Of a stretch of 64,000 bases of DNA, positions 47,378 through 55,486 are shown piece after piece. Within the stretch, counting starts at the first letter, position 1; each line of letters begins with the position of its first letter. The stretch is from positions 67,745-131,744 of the forward strand of contig JAFMCH010000001.1 of NCBI GenBank assembly GCA_017857875.1, given 5' to 3'. The notes beneath the pieces are model-generated. The model did no database searches. It was not told the origin of the DNA and saw only the letters and a list, made by a program, of their open reading frames with translations. The translations under genes and the position numbers were made by a program. Source of the DNA: Actinomycetota bacterium (GTDB taxonomy: Bacteria; Actinomycetota; Actinomycetes; S36-B12).

Positions 47378-49453
47378 GTGACTGTGCCAAAGATCAGAAG
47401 AATCCTGATTGGTGTCTGCTTGACCGGGGTCCTCACGATAGCAACATTGCCCGCGGTCGCCACTGACCAGGTGACATCAAGTAGCCCGGTGTTATTCACG
47501 TGGAACACGCCGATCACAGCCTCCGACGCAGGCGAAGACGCCGAAAACCCGCAAGTATCGGTGGCCGACGACGGTGCATCAGCCGTCGTGATTTGGCAGC
47601 GAAGCGACGGGAGCGATGCCCGTGCCCAGGTGTCGTTGGGAACACTAGATGGCGCAGCAACCACTTGGTCGCCAGCCGACACGATTTCCGGCACCGGCAC
47701 CGGCACCGGCAGTGGGGTGAATAGTCAGCAGATCGCACTATCTGGCGACGGCACCAAGGCCATCGCGACCTGGTACCGGGGATTCGAGCGCGAGGTTTAT
47801 GACGAGGACCGCGACAGAGATGTCGATAGGGAATACGATGTGATCGAAACCGCCGTGGCCACCATCTCCGGCGGGGTGATGAATTGGTCGTCCACCACCG
47901 AATTATCCGAATTTGTGGCCGACGCTGAGGATCCTCAGGTGGCTATTTCAGTAGACGGTTCAACGGCGGTCGCTATCTGGCGAATGCCCAGGAATCAAGT
48001 TCAGGTGCGCACCGCCACGATCAGCGGAAACACCGCCTCGTGGTCGAGTGTTCGCACGCTGGACACCGCCCCAGTTTTCGTCTCTGGTCCGACCGTGCAA
48101 ATCTCCGCAGACGGCCAATCGGTGACAGCATTGTGGTACAGCTGGAATGGTTCGACAGGAGTGGCCAAGTCCGCGTCGGCGGTGATCGCGGGAGGGACGG
48201 CAACGTGGTCGGCGGTTGCGGATCTTTCCACAGGTGGAAGATTCACCGGAGCCATGAGACTTTCATTGTCTGAGGATGGCACCCGAGCTCTTGCGGTGTG
48301 GTCGAGACGAGACGTCGGCACGCCGGATGTGCCACCGATACCCCCGTATCTCATTGAGGCCACCACTGCATCGATTAGTTCTGGTGTTGCCACCTGGACC
48401 AGCCCCGCAGATCTCTCGCCGGGTGCTGCCACATATTCAAGTAGCCCTGATGCGGTGCTATCGGCTGATGGATCGGCTGCGGTTGCCACCTGGCTCGACT
48501 ACAACGGGTCAGAGAACATCGTGTACTCATCCATCGGGCAGTGGAGCGGATCCTCGGTCACCTGGGCGGCTGCTGAATCTCGGTCGGAACCAGGCCAAGC
48601 ATCCGGGGATCCCAGCATTTCGATATCTGCTCAAGGGGCACAAACAACCCTGCTGTGGTCGCGCAGCAACGGCGCTCAAGCCGTCGTGCAGTCATCATCT
48701 GCTTCCATCATCGGTGGTGTTGCGGTCTGGTACACGACCGAAGATGTGTCTGATTCCAGCGTAAGTTCTTACCGACCGCAGCTAGGTTCTTCCGCTAACG
48801 GCCAGGTTTTCGTGGGTGTTTGGTACACCTCAGATGGATCGAACAGCGTTATTCAAGCGGCCGTGGGAGCCAGGAGTGGTGTGACGCCACCACCGACACC
48901 TCCAGCACCAGCAATGCCGGCCGGACCGCCGACGGATGTTGTGGGAGTTGCCGGGGACGCTTCGGCGTCCGTGCGTTGGGCTGCACCGACATCTACGGGT
49001 TCGTTTCCGATCACCAACTATCAGGTGATGTCGGCACCTGCTGGCGGTATGTGTTTGTCCACGGTGCTGTCGTGTGAGGTGGTTGGTCTGCGTAACGGAA
49101 CCGACTACACCTTCACCGTGCGTGCGCTTACCGGTGCCGGTTGGGGCTCGCGGTCGCGGATATCAAATCCCGTGACGCCTACGCCGGTCGTAGAGCCGGC
49201 AATGGTGATCGTGGGAGAACGCACCGGCAATGGCCGTCTTGTATCTGTTGCGGAGGTCAGCACCGACATGGTGGGTGCTGATGTTGTGGCGTGGGTCAAA
49301 CTCGCAGGTCAAGATGAGTATGAGGCAGGGTCATTTCGCACAGTTGGTCTCGACGGTGACTTCACGTGGCAACGACGAACCGGTAAAAAATTGTTTGTGT
49401 ATTTCGAGTCCGGATCGGTGCGTTCGAACCGTCTGATCATGACCGCCCGCTAA
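47378..49453 (+). CDS. large secreted repeat protein: signal peptide, about 7.5 Trp-containing repeats of 50-60 aa, Pro-rich linker, FN3 domain, C-terminal domain of about 95 aa
   Basis: Signal peptide (RRILIGVCLTGVLTIATLPAVA). The repeat pattern is PQVxxSxDGxxAVAxW...IxGGxxxW...LS. The linker is PPPTPPAPAMPAGPP. The FN3 motifs are ASVRWAAP...ITNYQV...GTDYTFTVRAL. Confidence 0.7.
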   Translation: MTVPKIRRILIGVCLTGVLTIATLPAVATDQVTSSSPVLFTWNTPITASDAGEDAENPQVSVADDGASAVVIWQRSDGSDARAQVSLGTLDGAATTWSPADTISGTGTGTGSGVNSQQIALSGDGTKAIATWYRGFEREVYDEDRDRDVDREYDVIETAVATISGGVMNWSSTTELSEFVADAEDPQVAISVDGSTAVAIWRMPRNQVQVRTATISGNTASWSSVRTLDTAPVFVSGPTVQISADGQSVTALWYSWNGSTGVAKSASAVIAGGTATWSAVADLSTGGRFTGAMRLSLSEDGTRALAVWSRRDVGTPDVPPIPPYLIEATTASISSGVATWTSPADLSPGAATYSSSPDAVLSADGSAAVATWLDYNGSENIVYSSIGQWSGSSVTWAAAESRSEPGQASGDPSISISAQGAQTTLLWSRSNGAQAVVQSSSASIIGGVAVWYTTEDVSDSSVSSYRPQLGSSANGQVFVGVWYTSDGSNSVIQAAVGARSGVTPPPTPPAPAMPAGPPTDVVGVAGDASASVRWAAPTSTGSFPITNYQVMSAPAGGMCLSTVLSCEVVGLRNGTDYTFTVRALTGAGWGSRSRISNPVTPTPVVEPAMVIVGERTGNGRLVSVAEVSTDMVGADVVAWVKLAGQDEYEAGSFRTVGLDGDFTWQRRTGKKLFVYFESGSVRSNRLIMTAR

Positions 49454-49480
49454 TGCGGCAGTTTGACAGCGCCTAGGCTC

Positions 49481-50041
49481 ATGGGCATGTCACCTGATGT
49501 CACGCGGTCAACCGAATGGCTTGAATTACGTCAGCAGATCTTGGACAAGGCCGTCGTTCACGGGCGCGTCACGTTGTCCAGTGGCCGCGAGGCTGATTAC
49601 TACATCGACCTTCGTCGGGTAACCCTTGACGGCGTAGCGGCTCCACTGGTGGGGCAGGTCATGAATGAACTAACCGCAGATTGGGACTACCAGGCTGTGG
49701 GTGGGCTCACGCTTGGTGCAGATCCGGTGGCCACGGCCATGCTTCATGCGCGGGCGATCGCCGATAATCCGCTGGATGCTTTCGTGGTGCGTAAGTCAGG
49801 AAAAGCACACGGACTGCAACAACAAATCGAGGGACCTTCAACATCTGGTCGACGAGTACTGGCTGTTGAAGACACCTCCACGACCGGCTCGTCAGTGATG
49901 GCGGCGGTGGAGGCACTGCGTACAGGCGGCGCAGACGTTGTCGGCGTGGCCGTGATCGTGGATCGAGGGGCTCGTGAGTTCGTCGAGCAGGCAGGTCTGA
50001 CCTATCGCGCCGCGTACTCCCTGACCGATCTGGGGCTCTAG
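49481..50041 (+). CDS. pyrE: orotate phosphoribosyltransferase
   Basis: GRVTLSSGREADYYIDLR and the PRPP-binding motif VLAVEDTSTTGSS. The start is uncertain among 49463, 49481 and 49487. Confidence 0.85.
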   Translation: MGMSPDVTRSTEWLELRQQILDKAVVHGRVTLSSGREADYYIDLRRVTLDGVAAPLVGQVMNELTADWDYQAVGGLTLGADPVATAMLHARAIADNPLDAFVVRKSGKAHGLQQQIEGPSTSGRRVLAVEDTSTTGSSVMAAVEALRTGGADVVGVAVIVDRGAREFVEQAGLTYRAAYSLTDLGL

Positions 50042-50108
50042 CAGCCACGGAGGTCTGGCCACGTGGCCCTTACCTGACACCTCAGCAACTGTGTCTTAAA
50101 GTGGCGGT

Positions 50109-51197
50109 ATGTCAACGACCCCGCCAGCAGCCTCTGACGACTCAACCACGGTTGATATCGATACGAAACCCGGCAGCCCACTGCCTACCTACGTGTGGAT
50201 CATCATTGCCGTCGTTGTCGGGTTACTGGCCGCCGGATTGACCTGGCTGGTTATGCGGGGTGGCTCCGATGATGTTGGCGGCACCATCGCATCACCGAGC
50301 GTTGTGGGCTTCACCATCGAGGAGGCCACCACTACGATCGAAGGCGCGGGTTTGCAGATTGGCGACATCAGCTTGCAGCCGTCAGATATCGAGAATGGTC
50401 GAATTCTGGAGCAAAACCCGCCGGCCGGTGCCCAACTCGCGCTAGGGAGTCGTATCGACATCGTGGTGAGTGGTGATGCGAACCCGGTGGTTCCAGACCT
50501 GCTGTCATTGAATGAATCAGACGCCGTTAATGCGCTGATCGCACTGGGGCTGAGGGCCGGCACCATCACCGAAACTTCATCGGCTGAAGAAGCCGGCCAG
50601 GTGGTCGCGCAGAGCGTCGCTGCCGGCGAGCAGGTGCCGATTGGCACGCAGGTAGACCTGCGTGTGTCCAATGGGCGAGTGGGTGTGGCTGATGTGGTCG
50701 GTTTGACCGCAGCCGAGGCGAAGGCTGCCTTGCGCAATGAAGGTTTCAAGATCACCGAGCAGGAACAAGAAAGTGGCCAGCCGGGCATCGTGCTCAGCCA
50801 GTCACCCGAGGCCGGAGCTGATGCCGCGGTCGGATCAACCGTGGTGATCACGGTGGGCAAGGCGCCCGAGCCAAGCCCGACACCTACGCCGACTCCGACG
50901 CCCACTCCCGTCTCCCAGGCCGTCTGCGGCCGGGACGTTTTGACCAAGGCCGTGGAGGATACGCGGTCACCGGGCGATACACCTGTCCAGGGCCTGCAGG
51001 ATTACACCTGTGTTGCCGGATGGGCCGTTGCCATCGCTCAGATTGGTGATCAGCCAGATCAGATCGTTCTGGACCGATTTATTTTCACCACCGATGGCGA
51101 TAACTGGTCACGCATCAGCAGAAACCAAGCCTGTGCCGATGGCAGCGATCTGCCCGATGCGCTGCGTCCCTCGGCCTGCTCGAATGTGGTGGGCTAA
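50109..51197 (+). CDS. membrane-anchored protein with three PASTA domains, no kinase or transpeptidase domain
   Basis: Short cytoplasmic N-terminus, a TM helix (VWIIIAVVVGLLAAGLTWLV), and three repeats of about 65 aa resembling PASTA domains (VVGFTIEEATTTIEGAGL..., VPDLLSLNESDAVNALIALGL..., VADVVGLTAAEAKAALRNEGF...). These are followed by a (PT)n linker and a Cys-containing C-terminal domain. Confidence 0.8.
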   Translation: MSTTPPAASDDSTTVDIDTKPGSPLPTYVWIIIAVVVGLLAAGLTWLVMRGGSDDVGGTIASPSVVGFTIEEATTTIEGAGLQIGDISLQPSDIENGRILEQNPPAGAQLALGSRIDIVVSGDANPVVPDLLSLNESDAVNALIALGLRAGTITETSSAEEAGQVVAQSVAAGEQVPIGTQVDLRVSNGRVGVADVVGLTAAEAKAALRNEGFKITEQEQESGQPGIVLSQSPEAGADAAVGSTVVITVGKAPEPSPTPTPTPTPTPVSQAVCGRDVLTKAVEDTRSPGDTPVQGLQDYTCVAGWAVAIAQIGDQPDQIVLDRFIFTTDGDNWSRISRNQACADGSDLPDALRPSACSNVVG

Positions 51198-51209
51198 GTC
51201 TGTAATGAG

Positions 51210-52127
51210 TTAGGCCTGAGGTACGTCGGCGTCTTGTTCACTCACGCCCAACCGGCGCTCAATACCGATCAGTATCAAGACGACAAGCGCAGATACGGCC
51301 GCCAACACCACGGTGATGAGCACGTTATCGGTGGGGGCCTGGAGTCCGCGATCGTCATCTTGCCAGGGCCACAACGCGCGTAGTGAGCCGAACATGAGTC
51401 CGGCAAGCACCACCATGGTGATGCTCAGGTGGTGGTCTAGTAGCCAGCGCAGCAGTAATACGAATGTGGCAAGGCCGATCACTGCACCCAGCGCGAAGAC
51501 AGCCAGATAGGCGATATTCCGATCATTGACCGCTGCGATGGTTGAGTCGTAGAGGCCAACGGAGAGTAAGAAGAACGATCCCGATACACCGGGAAGCACG
51601 AGGGCACACACGGCCACCGCTGCGGCTAGGGCGACGATAATCAGTGATGGGTCATCAATGTTTGTCGGTGGTAATCCGGTCAGGACAAATGCGAGTACCG
51701 CTGCGGCGATCAGCACCAGCCACCACCACGGCTGCCACCCTTTACCTCGACGCACAATCCCGATGGGTACGACAATTCCTGCGGCAACTAGCCCGAAGAA
51801 GACCGCCCGCATTTGCTCGGGATATTCCTCAAGCAGAGGCTCAATGACTCGCGCACCGGCGATGACGGCAAGAACCATGCCGACCGCCACGGGAATGATC
51901 AGCCGCCAATCGATACTGCGAGCTGTCAAGAGGGAGGCAGAGACACCGCGCTCAGGTCGACGCACGCCGAAAAGCTGTGCCAACGCGATCACAGCTAACG
52001 CCCCGGATTCGATCAGTCGGCGATAGATGCCCACAAGCAGTGCAATGGTGCCCCCACTAACTCCAGGGATAACCTCTGCCACGCCGATAGCCATTCCACG
52101 GATGAGGTTGATCACTGCCGTCAGCAC
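51210..52127 (-). CDS. DUF368 family membrane protein (putative undecaprenyl-phosphate translocase, PopT-like)
   Basis: The DUF368 signature AEVIPGVSGGTIALLVGIY occurs, with a second copy LPGVSGSFFLL. The GTG at 52127 gives a typical short N-terminus. The longest ORF (to 52352) and the ATG at 52226 would overlap the divergent TrmH gene. Confidence 0.75.
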   Translation of the reverse strand: MLTAVINLIRGMAIGVAEVIPGVSGGTIALLVGIYRRLIESGALAVIALAQLFGVRRPERGVSASLLTARSIDWRLIIPVAVGMVLAVIAGARVIEPLLEEYPEQMRAVFFGLVAAGIVVPIGIVRRGKGWQPWWWLVLIAAAVLAFVLTGLPPTNIDDPSLIIVALAAAVAVCALVLPGVSGSFFLLSVGLYDSTIAAVNDRNIAYLAVFALGAVIGLATFVLLLRWLLDHHLSITMVVLAGLMFGSLRALWPWQDDDRGLQAPTDNVLITVVLAAVSALVVLILIGIERRLGVSEQDADVPQA

Positions 52128-52176
52128 AAGGCTTGAGTGTAGGTGCGTACCCTTGATGATCGTGGTGACCGGGCCG

Positions 52177-52902
52177 ATGATGAACTCAACAGGTGATGAA
52201 TCCAAACTCGACGCCGATGCCATCATTGGCCCGGAAATCACGCTGCCGGTGGGAGTAGGCCCGTGGCCAGGCGGATCTCTGGGGCAAGCGCAGGCTGCTG
52301 CTGCTGATGCCCGACTGGATCCGGAATTGCTGGCCAATGGCGATGCGCGCAACGTCGTGGATCGTTATCGGTACTGGTCAATGTCGGCGATCGTGGCTGA
52401 TCTCGACACTCAACGACAGCCCTTTCAGGTGGCGATTGAGAACTTTCACCACGACATGAATATCGGGTCGGTCGTGCGCACAGCCAATGCCTTTGCCGCC
52501 GAACTCGTTCACATCATCGGTCATCGCCGATGGAATCGTCGCGGGTCGATGGTGACCGAGCGATATCAACACGTGCAACACCACGAAACAATCGATGAGT
52601 TCACTCAGTGGGTGAGCCAACACGATCTAGCAGTGATCGGCGTAGACAATATGCCTGGCTCTGTGCCTCTGGAGACCTTCGATCTGCCACGCCGTTGCGT
52701 TTTGGTATTCGGGCAAGAGAGCACCGGGCTCTCACCAGCCGCCCAACAGGCCTGTAATTCTGTGCTATCGATTGCTCAGTTCGGGTCGACTCGATCCATC
52801 AACGCCGGAGCAGCAGCAGCCATTGCCATGCATGCATGGGTGCGTCGACACGTGTTCGACCAGCGCGTTCACGCCAACGGCCCTGACACGCAGAGCACTT
52901 AA
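52177..52902 (+). CDS. TrmH/SpoU family RNA 2'-O-methyltransferase
   Basis: SpoU motifs NIGSVVRTANAF, LVFGQESTGL and SINAGAAAAIAMH. I chose the ATG at 52177; the track ORF from 52027 overlaps the DUF368 gene. Confidence 0.8.
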   Translation: MMNSTGDESKLDADAIIGPEITLPVGVGPWPGGSLGQAQAAAADARLDPELLANGDARNVVDRYRYWSMSAIVADLDTQRQPFQVAIENFHHDMNIGSVVRTANAFAAELVHIIGHRRWNRRGSMVTERYQHVQHHETIDEFTQWVSQHDLAVIGVDNMPGSVPLETFDLPRRCVLVFGQESTGLSPAAQQACNSVLSIAQFGSTRSINAGAAAAIAMHAWVRRHVFDQRVHANGPDTQST

Positions 52903-52909
52903 TTGACTA

Positions 52910-54151
52910 CTACTGCAGAATGTTTTGCAGCCGTGCGACGGCTTGATCAATGTCGTCTTCACTAATGTACGTGTGCGGGCTCAACCGCACCTGTTCGGTG
53001 ATTTCGTGTTCTGCGAAATCGATAGGCGCATAATCAGCGGTTGACAAGCTCGCGTTAACACCGGCGTCGCGTAGTTGTGTGACCACTGCCGCAGCACCGG
53101 GGGCCGGCATGGTCGCCGTCACAATGCCACTTCGTTGTTTCCCCCGATCACGTACCTGAACTCCCGGAAGCTCGGCCAGACCCAGTCGTAGTTGCTCAGC
53201 CCGCGCACTAATCGCCGCATGAATCACATCGATACCCACATCAAGGATTTCCTGCACCGCGCAACCGAGCGCAAGGATCGCGGCGTAGGAGGCCTCCCAG
53301 GTTTCAAAACGACGGGCGCCGCTGCGCACACGGTAGGAGCCTGGCCCGGTCCAGGTTGCCGAGTGCAAGTCGAGGGGAAATGGTTCAAGGTCGTTCAGCA
53401 TGCGTTGCGAGGCGGCGACGAAACCCGTGCCGCGGGGCCCGCGGATGAACTTACGGCCGGTGGCAGAGAGTGCGTCACAGCCGATGCGCGAGAAATCCAA
53501 CGGAAGTTGGCCAGCCGACTGGCAGGCATCCACGAGATACCAGGCGGGCGAGCCGTTAAAGCGCAATGCATCGCCGATTCCGACGATGTCGTTGACAACT
53601 CCATTGTGGCTTGGTGCATGGGTGATCGACACGATGCGAACACGTTCATCCAATGTACCCGCAAAGGCCTCCACATCTACATCACCATCGGGCCCGTCAG
53701 GAATGAACTCCAGTTGGGCACCGGTCTTGTTGGCCAGTTGCATCAACGGAATCACGTTTGAGGCGTATTCACTGCTGGCCACGAGGATTCGATCACCAGG
53801 TTCGAGTGGATCATCATGAGCGATCGCTTGCAGCGCCCTGTCCCATCCCACCGTCGCAGACTCGACGAGTGCCACCTGCTCACTCGGGCAGTTCACCAGC
53901 GCCCCGACCTGTGCGTGAACCGCGTGGAGATCATCGGCGTATTCAGCGAAAGCCTCATATCCCCCGATCTGAGACTCGCGGATGAGGTAGTCAACCTGAG
54001 TCGACAAGGTGTGTGTGCTCGGCAGGGCAGACCCGGCGTTGTTGAGATGAATGAGGGACGACCGTAAGGCTGACACAGGATTGACTTTATCGGGGCTGTC
54101 GCACCCGCGTCCGGTGTAGATAGGCTCGCCAGCAGGTACGGGTAGTTGCAT
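52910..54151 (-). CDS. aminotransferase class V-fold PLP-dependent enzyme (cysteine desulfurase/selenocysteine lyase-like)
   Basis: LNNAGSALP, ITHAPSHNGVVNDI, and SATGRKFIRGPRGTGF (PLP lysine context). Alternative start at 54181. Confidence 0.75.
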   Translation of the reverse strand: MQLPVPAGEPIYTGRGCDSPDKVNPVSALRSSLIHLNNAGSALPSTHTLSTQVDYLIRESQIGGYEAFAEYADDLHAVHAQVGALVNCPSEQVALVESATVGWDRALQAIAHDDPLEPGDRILVASSEYASNVIPLMQLANKTGAQLEFIPDGPDGDVDVEAFAGTLDERVRIVSITHAPSHNGVVNDIVGIGDALRFNGSPAWYLVDACQSAGQLPLDFSRIGCDALSATGRKFIRGPRGTGFVAASQRMLNDLEPFPLDLHSATWTGPGSYRVRSGARRFETWEASYAAILALGCAVQEILDVGIDVIHAAISARAEQLRLGLAELPGVQVRDRGKQRSGIVTATMPAPGAAAVVTQLRDAGVNASLSTADYAPIDFAEHEITEQVRLSPHTYISEDDIDQAVARLQNILQ

Positions 54152-54179
54152 GGTTTTTTCGTCGTTGAAGGGGAACAGC

Positions 54180-55067
54180 ATGAACGAGCAGATGCGTGAT
54201 CAGATGGGCCGTGGTCAAGGCTTCCTGGCCGCTCTTGATCAAAGTGGTGGTAGCACGCCCAAGGCTTTGGCGTTGTACGGCGTCGAGCCCACGGCTTACT
54301 CGGACGATGAGCAAATGTTCGATCGGATGCATGCCATGCGTGTTCGGATCATGACCGATCCGCATTTCACCGGTGAACGCATCGTTGCGGCTATCTTGTT
54401 TGAGCAGACGATGGATCGAGAGGTGCAGGGGCGACCCACTCCCGATTACTTATGGAATGTCAAGAATGTCGTTCCCTTGGTTAAGGTCGACAAAGGTCTC
54501 GCTGATGTGGTTCAGGGATCTCAAATCATGAAGCCAATGCCTGATCTAGATGCCCTGCTGGTCCGAGCCAAAGACAAAGGTGTTTTCGGTACCAAGATGC
54601 GTTCGGTTATCAAAGGCCTCGATGCCGCGGGTATTTCCGCGGTCGTAGATCAGCAGTTCGAGGTGGGTCAGCAAATCAATGACGCCGGATTGGTGCCCAT
54701 CTTGGAGCCTGAGGTGGACATCAACGCCCCCGAGAAGGAGCAAATCGAAGTCCTCCTGCGAGACGCCCTGCTCGCGGGACTGGAATCGGTGCCAGATGGT
54801 CAGCAGGTCATGTTGAAGTTGACCATTCCCACCGTGCCTAACTACTACGAGCCATTGATCAACCATCCCAAGGTATTGCGCGTCGTCGCACTTTCTGGTG
54901 GATACTCCCGAGATGAGGCCTGTCGGTTGCTCAGTGAAAATCACAACATGATCGCCAGCTTCTCCCGCGCCCTGACCGAAGGCTTGACCCTACAAATGTC
55001 TGACACCGAGTACAGCGCTGCGCTAGGCGCGGCCATTGAGAAGATTTACGAGGCATCCATCACATGA
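54180..55067 (+). CDS. class I fructose-bisphosphate aldolase
   Basis: The N-terminus MNEQMRDQMGRGQGFLAALDQSGGSTPKALALYGV closely resembles the Staphylococcus Fda-type class I aldolase N-terminus. Confidence 0.8.
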   Translation: MNEQMRDQMGRGQGFLAALDQSGGSTPKALALYGVEPTAYSDDEQMFDRMHAMRVRIMTDPHFTGERIVAAILFEQTMDREVQGRPTPDYLWNVKNVVPLVKVDKGLADVVQGSQIMKPMPDLDALLVRAKDKGVFGTKMRSVIKGLDAAGISAVVDQQFEVGQQINDAGLVPILEPEVDINAPEKEQIEVLLRDALLAGLESVPDGQQVMLKLTIPTVPNYYEPLINHPKVLRVVALSGGYSRDEACRLLSENHNMIASFSRALTEGLTLQMSDTEYSAALGAAIEKIYEASIT

Positions 55068-55480
55068 GCTTGCACGAAAACCTCCTCGGCGGTCCTGCAC
55101 CTACCCTGCTGCCCGATGATCCAGGGCCCAGGGTCGAACTCGCCGATGGCGCCGATGCCTACGACGTTGTCCGTCGCTATCCCGTCTCATCGCGCGCATG
55201 GGCGCAGCTTGCTGATCAGGCTTGGAGTGATGGACGCGTGATGGAGTCCTATGCATTCGCTCGTGTGGGCTATCACCGTGGTCTTGACGCACTACGACGT
55301 AATGGTTGGAAGGGCTACGGCCCGGTGCCGTGGTCACATGAACCCAATCAGGGATTTCTGCGTTGCCTATTCGCGCTCCAGCGTGCTGCTGCGGCTATCA
55401 ACGAGGTAGATGAAGCTCAGCGGTGCGCGGAGTTTCTCGTTGACTGTGACCCAGTTGCCGATGCTGGGATCCGGGGCTAA
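55064..55480 (+). CDS. DUF3151-like protein
   Basis: 138 aa ORF with an ATGA overlap to the aldolase gene. This is a conserved actinobacterial partner of fba/purA neighbourhoods (recognised by context and by YAFARVGYHRGLDALRRNGW). Confidence 0.65.
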   Translation: MSLHENLLGGPAPTLLPDDPGPRVELADGADAYDVVRRYPVSSRAWAQLADQAWSDGRVMESYAFARVGYHRGLDALRRNGWKGYGPVPWSHEPNQGFLRCLFALQRAAAAINEVDEAQRCAEFLVDCDPVADAGIRG

Positions 55481-55486
55481 CTGCTG

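Noticed and set aside
47493-47508. parS-like sequence ttattcacgtggaaca (13/16)
   Set aside because: Three mismatches, two of them in one arm of the palindrome. It lies inside a CDS and is too weak to call a ParB site without data.
47290-47706. Upstream 139 codons of the 298 aa minus ORF (46810-47706)
   Set aside because: This part would overlap the 5' end and signal peptide of the well-supported divergent repeat-protein gene and cross the AT-richer promoter gap. The internal ATG at 47289 gives a compact gene.
47690-47710. (GGCACC)3 microsatellite encoding GTGTGTG in the repeat protein
   Set aside because: It has only three units, is in frame and sits in a loop-like region. It is too short to claim phase variation.
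50057-50068. Perfect 12-bp palindrome GGCCACGTGGCC just after pyrE
   Set aside because: It has no loop and no T-tract, so it is not a convincing intrinsic terminator. It occurs once in the window and I cannot tie it to a known operator. Noted only.
50189-50947. 252 aa minus-strand ORF antisense to the PASTA protein gene
   Set aside because: The plus strand shows three regular PASTA repeats and a signal-anchor. The antisense product is Ser/Pro/Ala-rich with no motifs.
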